From contig NMRA01000105.1 in the NCBI GenBank assembly GCA_002633005.1, forward strand, positions 310,001-374,000: DNA of 64,000 nt. The letters are read 5' to 3'. The first letter of the stretch is position 1. The number at the start of each line of letters is the position of its first letter. The notes under the pieces are model-generated. The model worked only from the letters and a program-made list of their open reading frames with translations, was not told where the DNA came from and made no database searches. The stretch is from Phoronis australis (taxonomy: Eukaryota; Animalia; Phoronida). Shown here in pieces: positions 24,846 through 39,500 of this stretch. A program made the translations under genes and the position numbers.

Positions 24846-27488
24846 CAAATCCTGTACACCTTCATTACGACTTGGCTCCAACCTCACAGTGAGATCGTCT
24901 TATTAGTTTGTAATACGTTCGAATAATTCTTGGCAAATTACTGGCTTAGTAGACGGGGCATCTGCCATTTGATAAACCACCCTTCCTCATTGAAATTTTT
25001 ATTAATGAGTGAGTTTTGCCGCAGCTCTAACGTGGGAGGCGATTGAAGTAAAAAATACCCTCCAGCTCCTAAAGCACGCATAGACGGCAAGAGATCCGTT
25101 TAGATGTTGAGAAGGGAAGTGGTGTTCTGAAGCAGCATTGAACCTTTCTGAAAAAAAACAAGTGCTTCTGTCTGAAGACTCCTGACAAACACGTGATCTG
25201 ATTTTCACCAAGCCAAGAAAACAACGTCTTCCAATACACTTTGATCATAAAAACGATTTAAACTAGTCAGTCAATAATTATCTAAACCTGTAGCAAGCCA
25301 ACTTCACCACAAATCAATTATCAATGAGTTCCACAACACAAGGTATACTGAGAATGAAACCGGTCACTGGACTCAATATTTCTGGAAGGCTGGTTCCAAA
25401 AACAATTCTGATAGTTTTGATAAGAAGATCCGTGGAAACCAAGTTCGTCCCATACATTCGAACATCGATAGATCTATTCCAGAATTTGCTGGAAAAACCA
25501 GTAGCCCAAGCAGACTAACAATACTTGCCATTGAAATACAAATGTCCCCATATAATAGTTGCACTAGTTGTGAACTCGGGATGCACACGAGCATCAGTAG
25601 AAAAACCAACTGAACCCATCAAATTTTTAACACAATTAATAGAAGATAAAAATGGTTGAAAGCGAGTATAAAGACTATATTCAAAATTTGATATGTATAC
25701 AAAACAATGGAAGAAATATAAAAATATGTATTCAACAATACATTTCATTGATCAGACTTCTCAACAACTTTAAAGATGTCATTTTTTAACACATTTCACC
25801 TTTTTCTAAGCCACTGTAAGCACTTCAGGGATACACGTACCACAAGCGAATATGAAATCCACAGCAATGTTTAACTCAAGCTTTCATAAATCCTGTATAT
25901 AAAATCAGTTTAGTAGGGTGATTATAATACAGCAATCGAGCTATTACCACAATAAAGATGACAATACGAGGTACAAAAATTAAGTTTCATCGAAGCCATA
26001 CAGTACATCATATGCACTGAAGAGCATTATGCACCGATCTCGTAACATCAAGAATAGATTACTATTGCTAGTCTTTTTACAAACATTTACACCTTCTCAC
26101 TAAGACCTACGGACATGAAACATGCAGAGATACGACTGCACATTGATATTTGAAATGTGTTTTTAAGAAAAATCTAAAACAAGGCAGTGAACATGGGACA
26201 TAGACAGTGAAAAGTGACAAAGCAAATTAAAATGAACATTTATCGAAAGATGACAAATTATTCTGTGCATAACTGTAAGCCATTTAACGCGGATAAAATC
26301 GAATCTCCAAAATACTAATGATAATTATTAAGGAAGTCTCCATGATTCGTCTCGACACAAAACCACAAGCATTGAGCAATCACAATTGTGAATTATGACA
26401 ACTGAAGTTGATTGAAAAGTCAGTTTTTAATTTATAAATAAAACCAGAGCATCGAAAAATTCATATCACACAATGACTGTTTCAAAAATAGAATAAATCC
26501 GTTTATGTCAAACTGATCCGCCCACTAAATTCTCATTCAACAATACAGACTTGCATGACACGCAATCGATTCAACTTGTTGTCATCCAATAGAGAAATAT
26601 GCAACAATTCCAGCCTTGAAGACTAATGTTGAAACATGTCACACCGCTCACAAATTGATATTGCTGCAACAAACTTTATCTAATTAAATGATTGTTCTAA
26701 TGCCTTACGTATCTGTTCAATTCACTGACCTAGTGCATATTTTAGCAACCTCAATAACAGTTAAGCACCGTCACAAGAACCGTAGGCTCACACCACAAGT
26801 CCCCACTGCTGTACAGTAAGTTAGTGGGGCACAGCCTACTTATAATTTATGCTTCAGGTCACAACCTTTGACCCAAATAGTGACAACAGTGTAGCTTGGA
26901 CTTCCAGTCTATAGACAATAGCTCCATCTACAGGTCTTGTTAAAAACTAATAATTACAAGCATGCAAAATATATACACAATAGTTGCATAGAGCCCCCAT
27001 TAAAGGCATCCAAAAATGTAACAATTTTCATTTCACACAGTAACCAGTTTATAACTGGATATTAATCCCTTCATAAGCATAGAAGTGATTTCATCAACAT
27101 ATTTACATGTCAAGTAGTCATACACTATACTATATACACGTTTCCCAGTGAGCGTAATTTTCCAAAAAATATTAAAATCAACAGTAGGGAAACAGATGTC
27201 TCAACAAACACGTAACACTCTTATTCTCTGAAGACAGGCTCAGGTCAGCATTTAACAGAGTTCAACTTCTGACACTCTTGACACTGTCTAGAGTTGCATT
27301 GTGGGTACACCGGCAGCATCCACAATATGTGGAATGGTGAAAGAACTCCCAACACAGTCCACCAGATGGTGTTGTTATACATCAGTCTCCACCAGGAGGC
27401 ACTGCCACACTTAAATCCCATAAGTTACATTACTGCACATCAATAGTGCAGGTGGCACTACTACACTGCCGTCCAAAAGGTGTCGCTA

Positions 27489-27584
27489 CTACACCTCTGT
27501 CTCCATGCACATGTGAACTTGCTCAAGACGGTGTGAGAGGCGATTCTTTCGAGCAAATTCATCTTCTTCAAGTGTCTGATGCAG
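27489..27584 (-). CDS. PlexB: Plexin last coding exon ([31 protein letters not shown])
   Basis: ttag| ... TAG TAG; 96 nt. Confidence 0.9.
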   Translation of the reverse strand: MHQTLEEDEFARKNRLSHRLEQVHMCMETEV

Positions 27585-30500
27585 CTAAAACAAAAGCAAC
27601 ACTTGTTATCAGAATTGTGCACACCAGGTGGTATGCGAAGGTTCCTGTAATTTAAACATGATTAAGATTAGGGTATGACCCTCAAAATTTGGCATTTTTC
27701 AAAACATCATGTCTAAGAAATGGTAGATTAGATTCATATGAAACTTTCAAATACCATACTATATGCATCTTCTACAAAATGCTGTTATGAACTGATTTTA
27801 AAATTTTCCACTTTTGCAAGAGGGGCTATCACGAATTGGACTTTTATGATTATTATGAAAAATAATCATATTCAAAGAAAATGCAACATCATTTTTGTGA
27901 TTTCGTATTGAACATTTATATCAAACAAAATTTGGTCATGTTATTGTTATAGAGGTACCTTTCTTTTCTTCTAGTTATTACGAAAAAGACATGCTCATGA
28001 TACTAAATAAATAGCAGATGGGTATTAAGTCAAAACTAAAATTCTACAGGATTTCTACTTTCAGAAAATGTACACTTTTACTGTCAGTTAAAATGCAGTT
28101 TTGTTGACATTTGGCTAAATATAAAATACACCGACAAGTCCACGAGGTCCTGCATAACCGTAATTGAGAAATTCATGGTCTGACAGATTTAAGTGCTACC
28201 CTTTGGTAACGTTCAGCACATTTTGACTGATGAACTGAACAGAAGACGTATTACGCCAAAGTTGTTCCACGAACGTGATTGCTCAGCAATGAACAGATGG
28301 CCCACTGCATAGCGACAAACAAGGATCTCCAGTGAGATTTACCGAGAAGTTTATAATATACAGTGCTAATGAGCATACAACTACCAATCCAGAGACACAC
28401 AAACACTTAGACAGACTGCAGTCAGTCGTAACTTACATGGTCATTGTACTTGGTGGCGTATTTGTACAGTTCATTGAGGGCTGCCAACGTGTTGAATTCA
28501 CTCTGGTGCATCTGAAACACAATACAGGATTAGAGGTATGTCTGTGTCCACAACATACAGATGGAACCAATCTGGTTTTGATTCCTTTCTCAGTCAAGTC
28601 CCATCCACTCGCAGCCTGCCCTAGAACGACTTGCACTAGTGCAACTTTCAAGCGGAGCGTCCACACACACCTGCACATACCATGACTAGGGTAAGGCGAA
28701 AGTTGGCGATCTGCGCGTGACAATGAACAGCTGATGCAAATACAGGGTGCAAAGAAAAACCTTGTGTATGTAACAGCAGCTGTAATTACTTCTGCCTTGT
28801 CCCAGGTTTGCGGCCTCACAGGAATTATAAGTGGCCAAGTTACCCTAGAACACGTCACCCCACCTCGATAAGGTGGAGGGAGTTGTCACAAGTGGGGAAA
28901 GTTGTACTACTTTAAATCGCATCTAGACAGCCCCTACACCTAGCGACAACTCGTTTCAGGAGTAACTTGTTCTAAGACAAGTTTGTGTGTGGACGGCATG
29001 TGAAACGAGAAGTGATTTTCGGAATTAGTGATAACCGACAGCATCTTATTGTACAAGCCCAGACTTGAAGGGTTGACTTGTCTCAGTAATTCATTTTATG
29101 TGACAAACTGTGCAGACTAATGTTAGGACAAAACGAACCCAGTTACACCAGTTTGGCTGTGTTGCCTGGAATTCATGCATACATAATGTCAGCCAATAGG
29201 GTGCATGCTACACATATGAGTTCTGTTCTGATGATACTTGAGAGAAAGCAAGATCACGCAAGACCACCAACAATCACGGGGGTGAAAGAGGAGTGTTTAG
29301 CAAAATGCTTTGGACCTTCCTAGCCTACTCTAGCAAAATGGCAGCCATTAAATGATTAATCAGTCAGGTCAGAATGTTGCATTATGGGATGCAACTCACT
29401 GTTTCTGTTCTTTAAGCGAGCAAGTTGCGATGTCTTGGGTTTGTGAGAGATGTCCTCCTACACGTGCAGAAACTTCAGTGTAAGCTATTTTTGAATGGGC
29501 ATTGAAATGGCTTGACAGAGTACTTGCAAAGCACCAGGGATAGAGTTAACATGTGTCTCTCTCTCTGTAAAGAAATATGGCCAACATCACATAAGACTTA
29601 CCCTGGACTCTTCAGCGAGCAATGCGTTCATGTCTTGGTCGCTTATTGCTGGCATCAGTTTAATATCTTGATAGTATCTGCAACAAGACATTACATTCAT
29701 CTCTTAGTTGTCACACGCAATTTTGGATCTATTTCCTTCTTACTCCCTAGCTTATGACACAAGATTTATGACAATTTCTAAATGCTGACCATTATCATTT
29801 GTCCTCGTGAAGAAATGACGCAAACAAATATAAATAAAGTCTTCTGGAACCATGTGGCCAGAGAAATAAAGTAGGTCCTGTCGACTAAACTATAAATTGT
29901 CCCATCAACGTCTGCTTTAGTTTATTCAATATTCTGGGTGAAGGATGAATACAGATTAGGTTTAAATTAAAATCAAAGTTAGATTCCTTCTGTTCAGTAC
30001 ACCCCCCACCCCCCCCNCCCCCCCCCCCGTGACGTGAGAACGAAGCTTACCTTTCCACCCACTTCTTGTACTTTGGAATGTCTTTGGCGTACAGTAGCTT
30101 GGTGGCGGGAGAGTCCTTGCCCAGTCTATGGTCGCTCATGGAGCACGAGTCCATAAATGTCTGCGCCACCACAGATAGACAGCTGTCCACTATGCTGGAC
30201 TTGTAGACATCAAACACAAAGTTAGGGTTCTTGATCACATTCACCCAGAACCTCAGTGGAAGACTGCAACGAGAGAATTTAGTTGAGAAAACATTCTTAA
30301 GCCATCTGGTAGTAAAGTTTCTTTGAGTTGTAAGAACGATTAGGGAAATTGTCATTTCACTGTATTCTCGGTATTGAGTATTCACTTTCAAATCAAAGAA
30401 AACAAAGAATGAATTGGTAACTAAATAAAACAGTAACAATGATAAACCAGACTTGGTGTTTACTATAAGTATATTGTAAAAAACCCAGGTTTAGTCCACC

Positions 30501-33500
30501 TGCCAAGGTATTAGGGCACGTAATGACTTTTCATTACTAGTTTCATTTAACTAATCAGACCATCTTACTGCAGAGTCGACTGACCTATTTGACTTCCATG
30601 TATGCACCGTTTCTGGATCTGTGATACTATGCAGCAAGGCTTGGTCGTCTAGGAAGTCGAATAGATACTTTATGGCTAGTGGTAGGGCACTCCCTCTGTG
30701 GGCGGTACTAAACAATGTTTCAAATAGGTCGTCAACAAACTGTTGCAAAGTTCCCTGAAACAAAATGAACAAGCACTCAATACGCTGATAATTCTCAGAA
30801 TGTACAATATACAAATACAAATACACAAGTGCTCAAATGGCTCAAAAATGAAAGCTGAGAAAATGATAAAGCAATGATCCCTAATACACAGTATGGGAAT
30901 GAAATGGATATTCACAAGTCAACTCAATGAAACAAGGTTACGACAACCATCATTTAGTGAAAGATCGTTCATTTCGATTGAATATCTACTACAATAGATC
31001 AGAACGCATCTGATCTTCAGACGATTTCTATGTCCAGTGTAATTTGACTTTCAAAGTATTTGACTCATTTGAAGGACCTCAGAGTCGGGTTAACGCACAG
31101 ACATTTATCATGCAGGAATAATTCTAGAGAGTCCAGATTTGGAACTAAATAAGAAGGCATGCCGGCAATAGTAGAGTACTTACAGGCTGAACATTTAAAA
31201 GCGATTCTCCCGAATAAGAAATGACCACGTAATAAAATATATCATTCTTAACACCGGTTCTCAAGAAAGCAAAAATTTGCTTAAAACCTCACCTAAGTTG
31301 TACAATGGACACCTTAAATACATAGGAGAACAACCAAGAGACAAGTAACACAAACAACCAAAGTTGAGCAAGATAATGACAACAGATATTTTAGAGTTAA
31401 AAATAAAAATGTTTGGCAGAAAACATATTGTGGATCAACTTAGCATGCACGGTGCTGCAGCCCTAGTAAAATGCATGTAAACAATCTTGGTGCAATTTGA
31501 CCTTTCAAGGTCAACTGGAGGTCATTTACTCACAATAAAAATCCCTCTTTGGATCTGACAGGAGCGCAAGCGGAGAAAACAAAATTAACATAATTTGAGC
31601 AAAGCTGCCAAAGGAAGAGAGGGATGACCTCAACTGACCTCAATAACTGTTTTGCCAAAATAGTGTTATAATTATGGCAACATAATCAGAACAAAATGAC
31701 TTTCTATTCAGTTGTGTTGTCCTCAATATAACAGACAGCATGGACTAAACTGCAGGAACAAATTCACAATGCCACTAGACGTCGGAAGCAGGACAAAAGG
31801 CATAAGAACAACAAAATCCTATTCTATTTCTGTGCAGACAGCAGACATCCCATCATGCAATGCACTTCACAGGACAAACAAGACCAAACACAGAACAATT
31901 TTTCACTAACTAAATATGTTTTTTATATTTTAATTTTGTGACTTTTTTGAATTACGAACTGTTGAAAAGCTAATGGAAACACCATACACACATGCACAAT
32001 AAGCACTTAAGTTACTATGGACTGATTCTTAGCTTTCTCAGCAGTACTAGTACCTTCAACGTTACCCATTGAGAAACGAATACCAAGTTGGCACTCACTG
32101 AGGCTAATTATAAATAGGTCAGGTGAATAATTGGTACCTTTGTAGCCAGCAAACGAGTCAGGTAGATTTCAGAGACCATCTTTGACCCCCTCTCACCTTC
32201 CTTCTGGACATCAGAATCTTGAGGTTTCACCTGAAAAATTAGAGTCGAAATTGACCGTTGCCCACGAAAAGAGATTATGATGTAAGCAAACCAATTGTAA
32301 TCTGATTAGAACCACTGGGCGCTATGCTTAAACTCTAAGTACTGGAAGTAATGATATCGCAGAATTGCGCACCACTTTCCCACTGGTAGCACTGTGCTGG
32401 TTCAGTCGGGTCAACGGGCTAAGACATGTGATTGGTTTGCAGCTAGGAGTCATCATCAAAATCCAATCAGATGACTTAAACAGTCCACCAATCAGGGATC
32501 AGAAACACGTATGGTAACCTGGTCTTGTCAACTCAGATGGGTACTGGGGCACCAATTGGGGGTGTGTTTACAAGTTAGCAGGTAACCTAATGCTTCATTA
32601 AGTTTTAGCAAGGTGTCGTACATGTAAACAGACTTTAGACGAAAACAAAATTCTATCAATTTACAAAACCAAATCTTAAAAAAAATAAAAATTATAGAAA
32701 AATGCAATCATCGTAAAAAAGGTGTTTTATGAAACTTGGAACCAAAAGGTACCATACATTAGCATACAAATTAGGGTAAATATCAACTTGTATGAATGGG
32801 TCATGAATGGAACATTGAACTTTCAAGTAACCTTACTTGTCATTGCATTAGCAGTTACTGTAAGTAAAAAGTCATAAAAAGTTACTTATAGATGACACTC
32901 ATGAAAACAATGCTCTTGACAATTGTAACTAACAGAAATGAAGTGCATAAATGAGTACAACGTCAATGTCAAGGATGGTATGATATGATACTTACTAAGT
33001 GGTATAGCTTGCTGCCAGCCTCGACGTCAAGGTTACTGGAGTTAGGCGAGCGAATGTGACTCATGGACGGACTGCTTGTTAAATAACTGTTGTCATACTC
33101 TCGACTACGCATTGAACGGTCCGAGATGCCCGAGTGATTATACTGCTGTTGCTTGGTAACCAGTGACATGATGGCGTTGTCAGGAACCTGTGGAGAGATT
33201 ACCACATTAGTCAGTGGGATAGCATCATCAACAGAGCTGTCAAGGACTATTGCTAATACAAACAGAATGCAGGCAAAAATTTGTTGAACACACAACAATG
33301 TTCAAGTTTAATAATTTTTCACATTCGCTTGAGCTCTTTGTATTGAGCTTCTATGTAATGACTACCACACATTACCCTATAATGCTGTAGTGTACTGACC
33401 CTCTATGTAATGACTACCACACATTACCCATAATGCTGTAGTGTATTGAGCCTCTATGTAATGACTACCACACATTACCCATAATGCTGTAGTGTATTGA

Positions 33501-36500
33501 CCCTCTATGTAATGACTACCAAACAGTCTAGCGCCTTACACCATAATGCTGTAGTGTATTGGCCCCCTATGTAATGACTATCAAACAGTACAGCACCTTA
33601 CCCCATAATGCTGTAGTGTATTGACCCTCTATGTAATGACTACCAAACAGTACAGCACCTTACCCCATAATGCTGTAGTGTATTGGCCACCCTATGTAAT
33701 GACTATCAAACAGTACAGCACCTTACCCCATAATGCTGTAATGTATTGACTCTCTTATAACCACCATCATCTGACTTAGTACTCATTCTGTCCTCATCCT
33801 GGAGGGTGACCCGGCCTTGCGCCCCTGTGTGCCATTCTAAGGGATCAAAGAATAGAACTTATGAACAAACAGCTAGCATGGTCAAACTATGTGAACATGA
33901 AGTGAAGCTGACAAACGGCACGTCTTCTTCGAGACGGACGTTCTTCTACACTGACAGGATTTCTAATGCACCATGTGTAAAGTGTAAAAAATGGACAGAG
34001 TAGATACACATCACATTCCCCAAACTCGGCACCCTTTGTCAAAATAAGAATTCTTTCTCTTTAATCCATTTCCACAGACTATTTGTAGTTGATATCAAAG
34101 TTTTGTATAATAAACTTTGGTGTTCTGAAACTTGTCATGAATATCAAAGCACAGTGCTGTGAGTAGTTGAATCAAAACTAAAATAAACCAGACCAAATGA
34201 GATGACTTACAAGGGCAACTGGACTAATTATCAACACATATTTTTGTGACCAAAGATAAAGAATCAAAGCTTTGCACCACCCTGACATTTAGCACCATAT
34301 TTTGAAGTATCAAAACAATAACGATGACTGATGAGCGCCATCTGTAACACATGGCGTTAACCTGAGGCATCTGCATCAACCACATTCAGGCTGACCTACC
34401 TAAGTCAAGTTCATCCTTGGAATGCCGACTGGAGAAGGGTGCGTTCTTATAGATGGCATCCAATATCTTCTCCTTCACCTGGGATATGGTGTCCGCGTCA
34501 AGCACTTTGACTGGGTGCTGTTGGCTGTTGTAAGTCTCTGCCTCTATCACATAGATGGTCTGTAAATGGAAGTGGGAGTGGTCAGAGCAGGAGTGGGAGT
34601 GGCCAGAGTAGGAGAGAGAGTAATCAGAGATTGAGTAGGAGTGGTCAGAACAGCAACTGGAGTAGCGATTGTCAATTATAGAAACATTATGAAGGTAATT
34701 CACAGCTCCTCAGACATTAAGTTGAGCCCAAGTTCAGGAATCATGGTTTACCTATCTACTAATTAGAGAAATCTGCCAGAGGGCCCTGGCAACAGCATTT
34801 ATTATCAACAAAAGGCAATCTTCAGTTTATGACAATTCTCCTCTTAAATGATGACAACTAACGAAAGTTTGAATATACACATTATAAATCAGTTTTACAA
34901 TTAGGGCTGTTCCAGCAAAATCTGTATGGGAGGGGGGGGAAGGCACTTTTATTTCGTACCCACCGCCCATATTTTTCATTTATTTCTCCAACCCATGACC
35001 CATAATTTTTTAATTATTTTTAATAGGTTAAAATATAAAATCCAACACTTGCAAACAAATTGCCTCCAGGAGGACCTGTTAAGAACTTAGATGATTGACA
35101 GACAAGAACTAGTTGTCTTGTCCAATATTGTCAAAAATTAAAGTAGCCTGTGAACAATACTTTTGGCAGCCACCAGGTGTCTCTGTTCACCATGTGTCTA
35201 TAATTTCAATGAACATTTTTTCAATTATAAGGATCTATGAATCTCAAACTGTCTCCACAAACTCTTTTATACTTCTATGTCAAGTGAATATTGGAACTTG
35301 TTTATCTTACTCCTCATACTTTTTATTTAAAAATCATCAATTTTCTTATATGTGTTAACACCAGTTTAGTGTTGCATAACTTTTCAATTCAATAGGACTG
35401 CAGACAAGCACTTGGCTCAAATCAAGTTGCCCATGACTTGATTAATGGCTTAGTGAACATATTGCACTCTGTTCACTGGCAATATGGGCTTTTTTGTATT
35501 GGGATAAGTTGGGATATATGCCAATCGCATTTTTTGAGTTTTGATTTCTTTGGAGATGTGTTGGCTGAATTAACCAACCTGTCAAGGTTAACAGATCAAA
35601 AAATACCACCCATTTTTAATGCATCACTTCTTACAGGAACGACCACCCATAATTTGAGTTTTTTTCTGAAGACCACCACCCATGAATTTTTATTTCTACT
35701 GCCGTCCCCCCCCTCCCACATGGATTTTACTGGAACAGCCCTTAAGAATATATGATGGAATTGTTATCAAATACAACAAAATAATGATTAAGAACTTTCT
35801 ATGTGTTGCTACAACCATATTTCCCACACAAAAAAATTATGGCAAAAATATGCATCAGCCAAACAGTGGAGAAAACTGTTGCTGAAATAGTATTAACAAG
35901 TCTCAGCATATAATACTGTTGCAGCCCTTACCAAGGTTTTGTACTCCATCTGCTGCCTGATGAGTTTGTCCTCACTCAGGGAGTACTTGGCCTCGCCAGT
36001 CACCGCATCAATGGGACCTTTCTCCACTTGCTGCTTGATGGCACGGAACAACATGAACAGAGGTTCACCAGCGCACTCCTGAGGGAATAAATGAACAAGA
36101 TGAACAACAGTTCACCAGCACACTTCTGAGGGGAATGAATGAACGAGATGAACGGCAGTTCACCAGCACACTTCCAAGGGGAATAAATGAACAAAACCAA
36201 CAGAGGTTCACCAGTGCACTCCTAAGGGAATAAATGGACAAGATGAACAGCAGTTCACTCCTCAGAAGATAAATGAACTCGAGCACTTCAGTGAGACTAA
36301 GAGAACAAGATGAACAGTGGTTCACCTGCCCAATACTGAGGAAACAGCACAAGAATGTGGGTTTTTGGGTATCAAGATCAGAGAACTTTTCTACCTTTTA
36401 CTCATATAAAACATCAAAACATTATATTGAAGTATTTTATTACCAGGAATATTAAAGAAAAATTCCAGATGTCATTCCAATATGACCAATCAATATAACC

Positions 36501-39500
36501 TATCTTCCACAACTTCTTAACGAGGAATATTATTTTCACATGATCAAAGACTGCACTACAATATAATACAAAAACTTACCTAAAAATAACATGGGAAACA
36601 AAATTTTTGTAGACATCAATAAAATAAGTCTTGATTATGATAGGACCAGTGTTTGTGATAACTGACCTTGAGAAACTTGAAGAGCAGGAACGTGAACCAA
36701 TTTGTGAGCATCTTCTCGGCCACAGACTGGGTCCTCCTCAGCAGGAGCTTGGGGTGGTTCTTGCCCTCAATACTCCTCTCAATGAGGTCACTCAGCAACG
36801 TCTTCAGGATACTGCAAAATGGGCAGCCAGTCAAGTCAATTCATCTCACTGTATTATTCAAATCAAGAAGGCTCTGGTTGACAGATAACAATGTCAATAA
36901 CACATAAAGGAACATTATTGCATTTTTACGGCTAAAAACACATATTTGGGAATATTGTTGGACAAGATATTGAAGTTATTAGAACTACAAAACAATAGAT
37001 TATGTATCAGTTATGTTTTTGTAATTCCATTACAAACTGCCAATTTTCGCCGAGGTCTGTCATAGATACACTGAAATCAATATACGCGACTTTACCAATT
37101 AAATATGCTTAAAATACTCTATCTAGTACTATATAATGAATGTGATTTAGCTCCTCAGCTGAAAGTTTGCCTGCGACTGTGACGTTTCCCGGTTCGAGTC
37201 TGTGCTAAGGCTGATTTCAGAAAATCACTTCTCTTGCCGATGATGTAACATTAAATTGGGAACAGTGTCATCACCATGGATAGCTCTAGTCACGTAAAAA
37301 CAGTTTTAATCTTGAAGAGTTAAAAGAATACCCTTAATTAATTTTTGCTGTGTATTTATTTCTATATTGTGCACTTCGCATATTGTAATTATGTATATTT
37401 GTTCAACTGTACCGTGGACCTATGGCCTTTGAATGCTTCAATTACTGAGTATTTTGTACAAGGATGAAAAGCTCCATCAAAATGTACTCATTATCCTTCC
37501 AGACCACGCAAGACATTATTGTTTCAGTTAAAATAATAGGATTCTCCTTCAACGACAAGAATTTTGATTCGCGCTATTTTTTCAAAAATACAACAACTAG
37601 CAAATAACCATGCAACCACCTCTGGAGATCGTGACCAAAAGTAGTACTCACTCAGTCATGTACTCCATCTTGCCTTGCAGTGCCACGGAGACCAGCGAGG
37701 CAACGTTGACGCGATCTTTCATGCTGAAATGCTTGTCAGCCTCCAGGGTGCGTATGAAGAGAAGTAGGAAGGTCTTATTATTCATGAGCTGATCAAACTG
37801 GCGCAGGCCTCGCTCCAGACTGTCTTGGTGAATGTAGTCAACCTAATAAGAATACATAGAGGAGGTAAATAGTAACATTTTTAGACCTAAAAATCAAAAT
37901 TTGAAAAAATGTCTGTACTGACTTGAACTGGATATCTTCTTCTAACAGTGCAGACTTATATTCATTAGGTCACGTGACGTCGTGAACAGGTGGCATGCAG
38001 ACCAGACTTAAAAAATGTTGGCAATCGATATTTCCACGCAAGTTTAAAATTTACATGTTCATATAAATAATAAAAATCAGGGCTTGGAATATCCAATGGC
38101 GAAAAACGCGGAAATTTTTACAGCCCGAAACATGAGCGCAGCCAGCCTTGAAAAAGTCGGTGTGGACCTTTTGCCGACAAAATAATTCGAGAGGACTAAA
38201 AAAAAAAATGGTACCACCTCCGGAAGCGTGTGTCTGCGTCTGTCTTAGCTCGTCCGCCACTCGCACCTCCAAACATTTTTGGCTGCAGAGTCCTAGTATT
38301 TGTCACCGCGGTTCACAATCACACGAGCCGCCATTGAGGAAATTCACCACGCTATCCCAGATGCCCCGGCAATGTTGACAATTTACGTTCCTCCGAAACA
38401 TAAAGAGCAACTTCCGCTTTTCCAGGTGAAAGTCGTCGGCAACGCGGCGGTAAGAAAGAAATTTGCCGCGGAAAGTTTATATCAAATCCGATTTTTTTAC
38501 GCGGAAATATAATAAAATACGCGGACAGAACATTTGAAAAAAGCGGAAATCCGCGTTTCCACGGAAAATTCCATGCCCTGAAAAATGACGATAACGACTA
38601 TGAAAATATTCTTCTTTGACGCAATTCAAAAGCCCACAGCGTAACCACCAAAATCTACTTAACCTGCACCACTTCAGTGTTTTCAAACTCATTAAAATCA
38701 GTACGTCTTCCGTCTCATCTCAAATACAAAGAATGCATCAGTTATAGAGCTTGGTTAACAATCTAATGACATATCGTCTTGCAGGCATGAACCGCTCAAC
38801 ACCTTACCTCCAATTCCCTGACAACGGGGTGGTCAAATTCATTACAGTTGGGGAACAGCACTCGCATACAGAATGACTTGTAGTCCAAGAAGGGCATCCC
38901 GATCACGCCGGTCAGATCACTGGTCATCTCGTTCATGTCTGTCTGCAGCTCGGCAAAGGCTGAATTGAGGACAAGTCTCAAGTTGAAGTGGCGTCATTAC
39001 TTAAGCTGATCAAAACAAGTTGCAATGACAAAAGAAGTAGGGATTAATGTAAGTGGGCATACTGTGTGTTCAAAAGTAAATACATGGACTAACTGCTAGC
39101 CGACCAACTGTTTGGATTTTTATGGAGATTGCCAAAATCCTAAAAAATTCTGCTCAAAATTTGCAATTCTCATTACAAAATTGTCACTGATAAGGCCTAT
39201 TTGAACAGTGAATATGACATAAAAAATGAACTCATTTAAATTATTTGCCGAGTCTGTTGATTTTTGACAGTCAGGTTCCTGGGCTTTACGACAGAAATCT
39301 GGAACCATTTTTGCAGGTAACAGAAAACGAAATTAAAATGTAATCTGCAAGTTGAAAAAATTCATCTACGTCTCCTACACCCCTAAATAAACCATCACCT
39401 CAAGTCCTCCACTCACCCCCACTTTCTCACCCAGGCGTTCCCTACTCAAATCCTTACCTCCCCAGTCCTGAATCCCAACCCCAAATCTCTCACCCCTACC

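Noticed and set aside
36000-36352. Mutually exclusive alternative plexin exons
   Set aside because: The copies cover only ~11 codons, lack their own donors, and are out of frame.
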